From an uncultured Alistipes sp. (GTDB lineage: Bacteria > Bacteroidota > Bacteroidia > Bacteroidales > Rikenellaceae): DNA of 64,000 nucleotides. Below the pieces are notes generated by a model. The model was not told where the DNA came from. It did no database searches and saw nothing but the letters and a program-made list of their open reading frames with translations. Every line of letters begins with the position of its first letter. The stretch's first letter is position 1. The stretch is from assembly GCF_949296715.1 (NCBI RefSeq), contig NZ_CASFQD010000059.1:1734-65733 (forward strand). The letters are read 5' to 3'. Positions 61,893 to 64,000 of this stretch are shown here, piece after piece. The position numbers and the translations under genes were made by a program.

Positions 61893-64000
61893 ATGACGAA
61901 ACCCCTGCTGTGTCTGTTGCTGCTGCTGCCGTGCCTGGCGGCGGCCCAGTCCTTCGACGACGGGTATTATCCCTTCGCCGTGCGGGAGGAGCCGCAGCCG
62001 ATGATCGAGACCGACACGACGCTCTTCTACCGCGCCGTGCAGGCCGCGGAGGATGCCTATGGCCGGATCACCGATTTCAACCTCCCGCAGGTGAGCCTGC
62101 GGCGCCGCGGGCAGGAGTTCCGCGACGAGCGCATCGAACTCGACGGCATCGTCGTCTCGTGGCGCCATACGGCGGCCCTGCGGCTGCTGGGTGCTGCGGA
62201 GGAGCACACGGCGGGCATTGCGGCGGAGAGCGATGCGCCGGGAGCGGCGGGCGGGGTGCGCCGCTTTGTCTTCACACCGGACGAGGCGCTCACGCCGCAC
62301 CTGGCGTCGGTGCGTCTGACCGACCGCAACTACCGTGTGGGGGCGAAGGTCTCCTCGTCGCTCGACGTGGGGCGTGGCTGGCGGTTGCGCGTTGCGGCCG
62401 ATGCCCGCACGGGGCGCGACATGCACGTTGAAGGGGTCTTCACGAATGCCCTGACGGCGGGATTCCACCTCTCGAAACGCTTTGCGGGCGGGTCGGAGTT
62501 GTCGCTGCTGGCCGTCGTGCCGCCCTCGGTGCGGGGCACGCGGTTGAGCTCCGTCGGGGAGGCCTTCACGCTGACGGGCGATCCGCTCTACAACCCCGCC
62601 TGGGGCTTCCAGCAGGGGCGTGTGCGCAATTCGCGCGTGCGGCGCGAGTGTGTGCCGCTCGGCGTTGCCTCCTGGCGCATGCCCTTGACGGCGAAGACGT
62701 CGCTCGCCCTGACCCTCGGCGGCGAGGCGGGCCTGCGCAGGTACAGTGCATTGGGATGGTACGACGCCCGCACGCCCATGCCCGACAACTACCGCTACCT
62801 GCCCTCCTATACGGGTGACCGGGAGAGCGAGCAGGCGTGGCGCTCGCGCGATGCCCGCTACACGCAGGTGCGCTGGGACGAGCTGATCGCCCAGAACCGC
62901 CTGGCGGGCGGCGAGGCGGTCTATGCGCTCGAGGACCGGGTCGAGCGCATCGGCGACGTGCAGGCCGATGCGGCCTTCGTCACGGAGCTCGACGGGCGGC
63001 TGACGCTCCGCTACGGCGGCTGGGTGCGCCGCACGTCGACGCGCCACTACAAGCAGATGCGCGACCTGTTGGGGGCCGATTATCTCGTGGACATCGACCA
63101 GTACCTCGTCGACGACGACACCTACGGCAACCTGCTGCAGAACGACCTGCGCCATCCCGACCGGCGGATCGGCCGCGGCGACCGCTTCGGTTACGACTAC
63201 ACCTTCGTCGTGCGCGAGGCGGGTGTGCGTCTGCAGGCCGCCTACCGCTCCGACCGCCTGCGGGCCGATGCGGCCCTCGTGCTGTCGGACGGCGTGATCT
63301 TCCGCCGGGGCCACTACGAGAAGGAGCTCTTCCCCGGGTCGCTCTCCTGCGGTGCCTCTCGGCGGCTGCACTTCACACCCTATACGCTGCGGCTCTCGGC
63401 CGGCTGGGCCTTCACGCCGCGGCACTACCTCTCGGCCGCGCTGCTCGCCGCCGCCCGCATGCCCGAGGCGGAGGCGCTCTTCTTCCAGCCCCAGTACAAC
63501 AACCGCACGGTGGATGACCCGGCGGCGGAGAAGAACTACGCCGCAGAGCTTGCTTACCGCATGACGGGCCCCGTTGTCGGGCTGGAGGTGACGGCCTATG
63601 CCACGCTGCGGCTCGATGCCGCGCAGACGCAGCGTTACTACGACGACATGGCGGGGCTCTACTGCGACATGTCCGTGAGCGGCATCGGGTGGCGGGCCCT
63701 CGGTGTGGAGGCTGCGGCCGATATCCGGCTGTCGCAGCGCTGGAGCCTGGCGCTGGCCGCGTCGGTGCAGCGCAGCGAGTATGTCCGCGATCCGCTGGTC
63801 ACGGTGCTCTCCGATGCCGACAACACGGTGGTCGACATGCGGGCCGTGAGCCGCATGGGCGGTTGCGTGCCGGGCGGCGCGCCCCGCGCGACGGCCTGTG
63901 CCGAGCTGGCCTACTTCGGTCCGAAAGGGTGGGGATGCCGCCTTTCGGCGGGATATGTCGGCGGACGGTATGCCGAGCCCTCCTTCCTGCGGCGCACGGA
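61893..64000 (+). CDS. TonB-dependent-receptor-like outer-membrane beta-barrel protein (3' truncated by the window edge)
   Basis: Not in the ORF track because no stop is reached. I translated by hand from the ATG at 61893 and found no in-frame stop to nt 64000 (>700 codons). Signal peptide MTKPLLCLLLLLPCLAAAQ. Alternating Y/R/D-rich strand pattern typical of TBDR barrels. Confidence 0.7.
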   Translation, partial: MTKPLLCLLLLLPCLAAAQSFDDGYYPFAVREEPQPMIETDTTLFYRAVQAAEDAYGRITDFNLPQVSLRRRGQEFRDERIELDGIVVSWRHTAALRLLGAAEEHTAGIAAESDAPGAAGGVRRFVFTPDEALTPHLASVRLTDRNYRVGAKVSSSLDVGRGWRLRVAADARTGRDMHVEGVFTNALTAGFHLSKRFAGGSELSLLAVVPPSVRGTRLSSVGEAFTLTGDPLYNPAWGFQQGRVRNSRVRRECVPLGVASWRMPLTAKTSLALTLGGEAGLRRYSALGWYDARTPMPDNYRYLPSYTGDRESEQAWRSRDARYTQVRWDELIAQNRLAGGEAVYALEDRVERIGDVQADAAFVTELDGRLTLRYGGWVRRTSTRHYKQMRDLLGADYLVDIDQYLVDDDTYGNLLQNDLRHPDRRIGRGDRFGYDYTFVVREAGVRLQAAYRSDRLRADAALVLSDGVIFRRGHYEKELFPGSLSCGASRRLHFTPYTLRLSAGWAFTPRHYLSAALLAAARMPEAEALFFQPQYNNRTVDDPAAEKNYAAELAYRMTGPVVGLEVTAYATLRLDAAQTQRYYDDMAGLYCDMSVSGIGWRALGVEAAADIRLSQRWSLALAASVQRSEYVRDPLVTVLSDADNTVVDMRAVSRMGGCVPGGAPRATACAELAYFGPKGWGCRLSAGYVGGRYAEPSFLRRT

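Noticed and set aside
61380-63425. 681-aa minus-strand ORF
   Set aside because: It runs antisense to the open-ended plus-strand ORF, which has a promoter box, a signal peptide and a barrel-like composition.

Overview
The window is GC-rich, with strong G/C bias at third codon positions. Promoters are Bacteroidota-type: an exact or near-exact TAnnTTTG -7 box, mostly TATCTTTG, sits upstream of about 19 genes. Gene content (BACON-C11 peptidase, DUF4861/DUF5106/DUF4919-like lipoproteins) suggests a high-GC Bacteroidales genome such as Alistipes/Rikenellaceae; that assignment is an inference. I see no rRNA, tRNA, CRISPR array, transposase, integrase or prophage. This looks like core chromosome, not an accessory island.

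Gene order:
- ftsK (5' partial), a LolA-like gene, a secreted hypothetical, gyrA, a TPR protein.
- A hexuronate/pectin block: PfkB kinase, DUF4861-like, uxaC, kdgK, eda, MFS, uxaB, uxaA, CE8 pectinesterase, GH43.
- MATE, RluB-like, BACON-C11 peptidase, DUF4919-like, dapA, ligA.
- A small acidic protein, an LRR lipoprotein, purA, etfB-etfA-acyl-CoA dehydrogenase.
- glsA plus a GadC-like permease, a thioredoxin-like lipoprotein, a reverse rubrerythrin, a lipoprotein.
- A YtxH/holin-like pair, a SLOG protein, acyl-ACP thioesterase, GT4, hppA.
- A six-hairpin GH with a CBM, HAD, an AI-2E transporter, a carboxyltransferase-biotin protein, nhaC-BASS.
- An HMA-AraC regulator, copA, and a TonB-dependent-receptor-like ORF that runs off the 3' edge and is absent from the ORF track.

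The most unusual signals are at DNA level:
1. A ~10-copy 43-47 bp tandem array at 32053-32480.
2. A 41-42 bp x5.5 array that starts inside the thioesterase stop region (45139-45371).
3. CTGCCGGG-type degenerate repeat arrays filling most long spacers and extending into gene 3' ends as low-complexity C-terminal tails.
4. A T9G9 tract inside a lipoprotein promoter.
5. An HMA(MxCxxC)-AraC candidate copper sensor next to a CopA that carries a fused CopZ-like C-terminus.

No canonical defence or mobile system is supported by the sequence.
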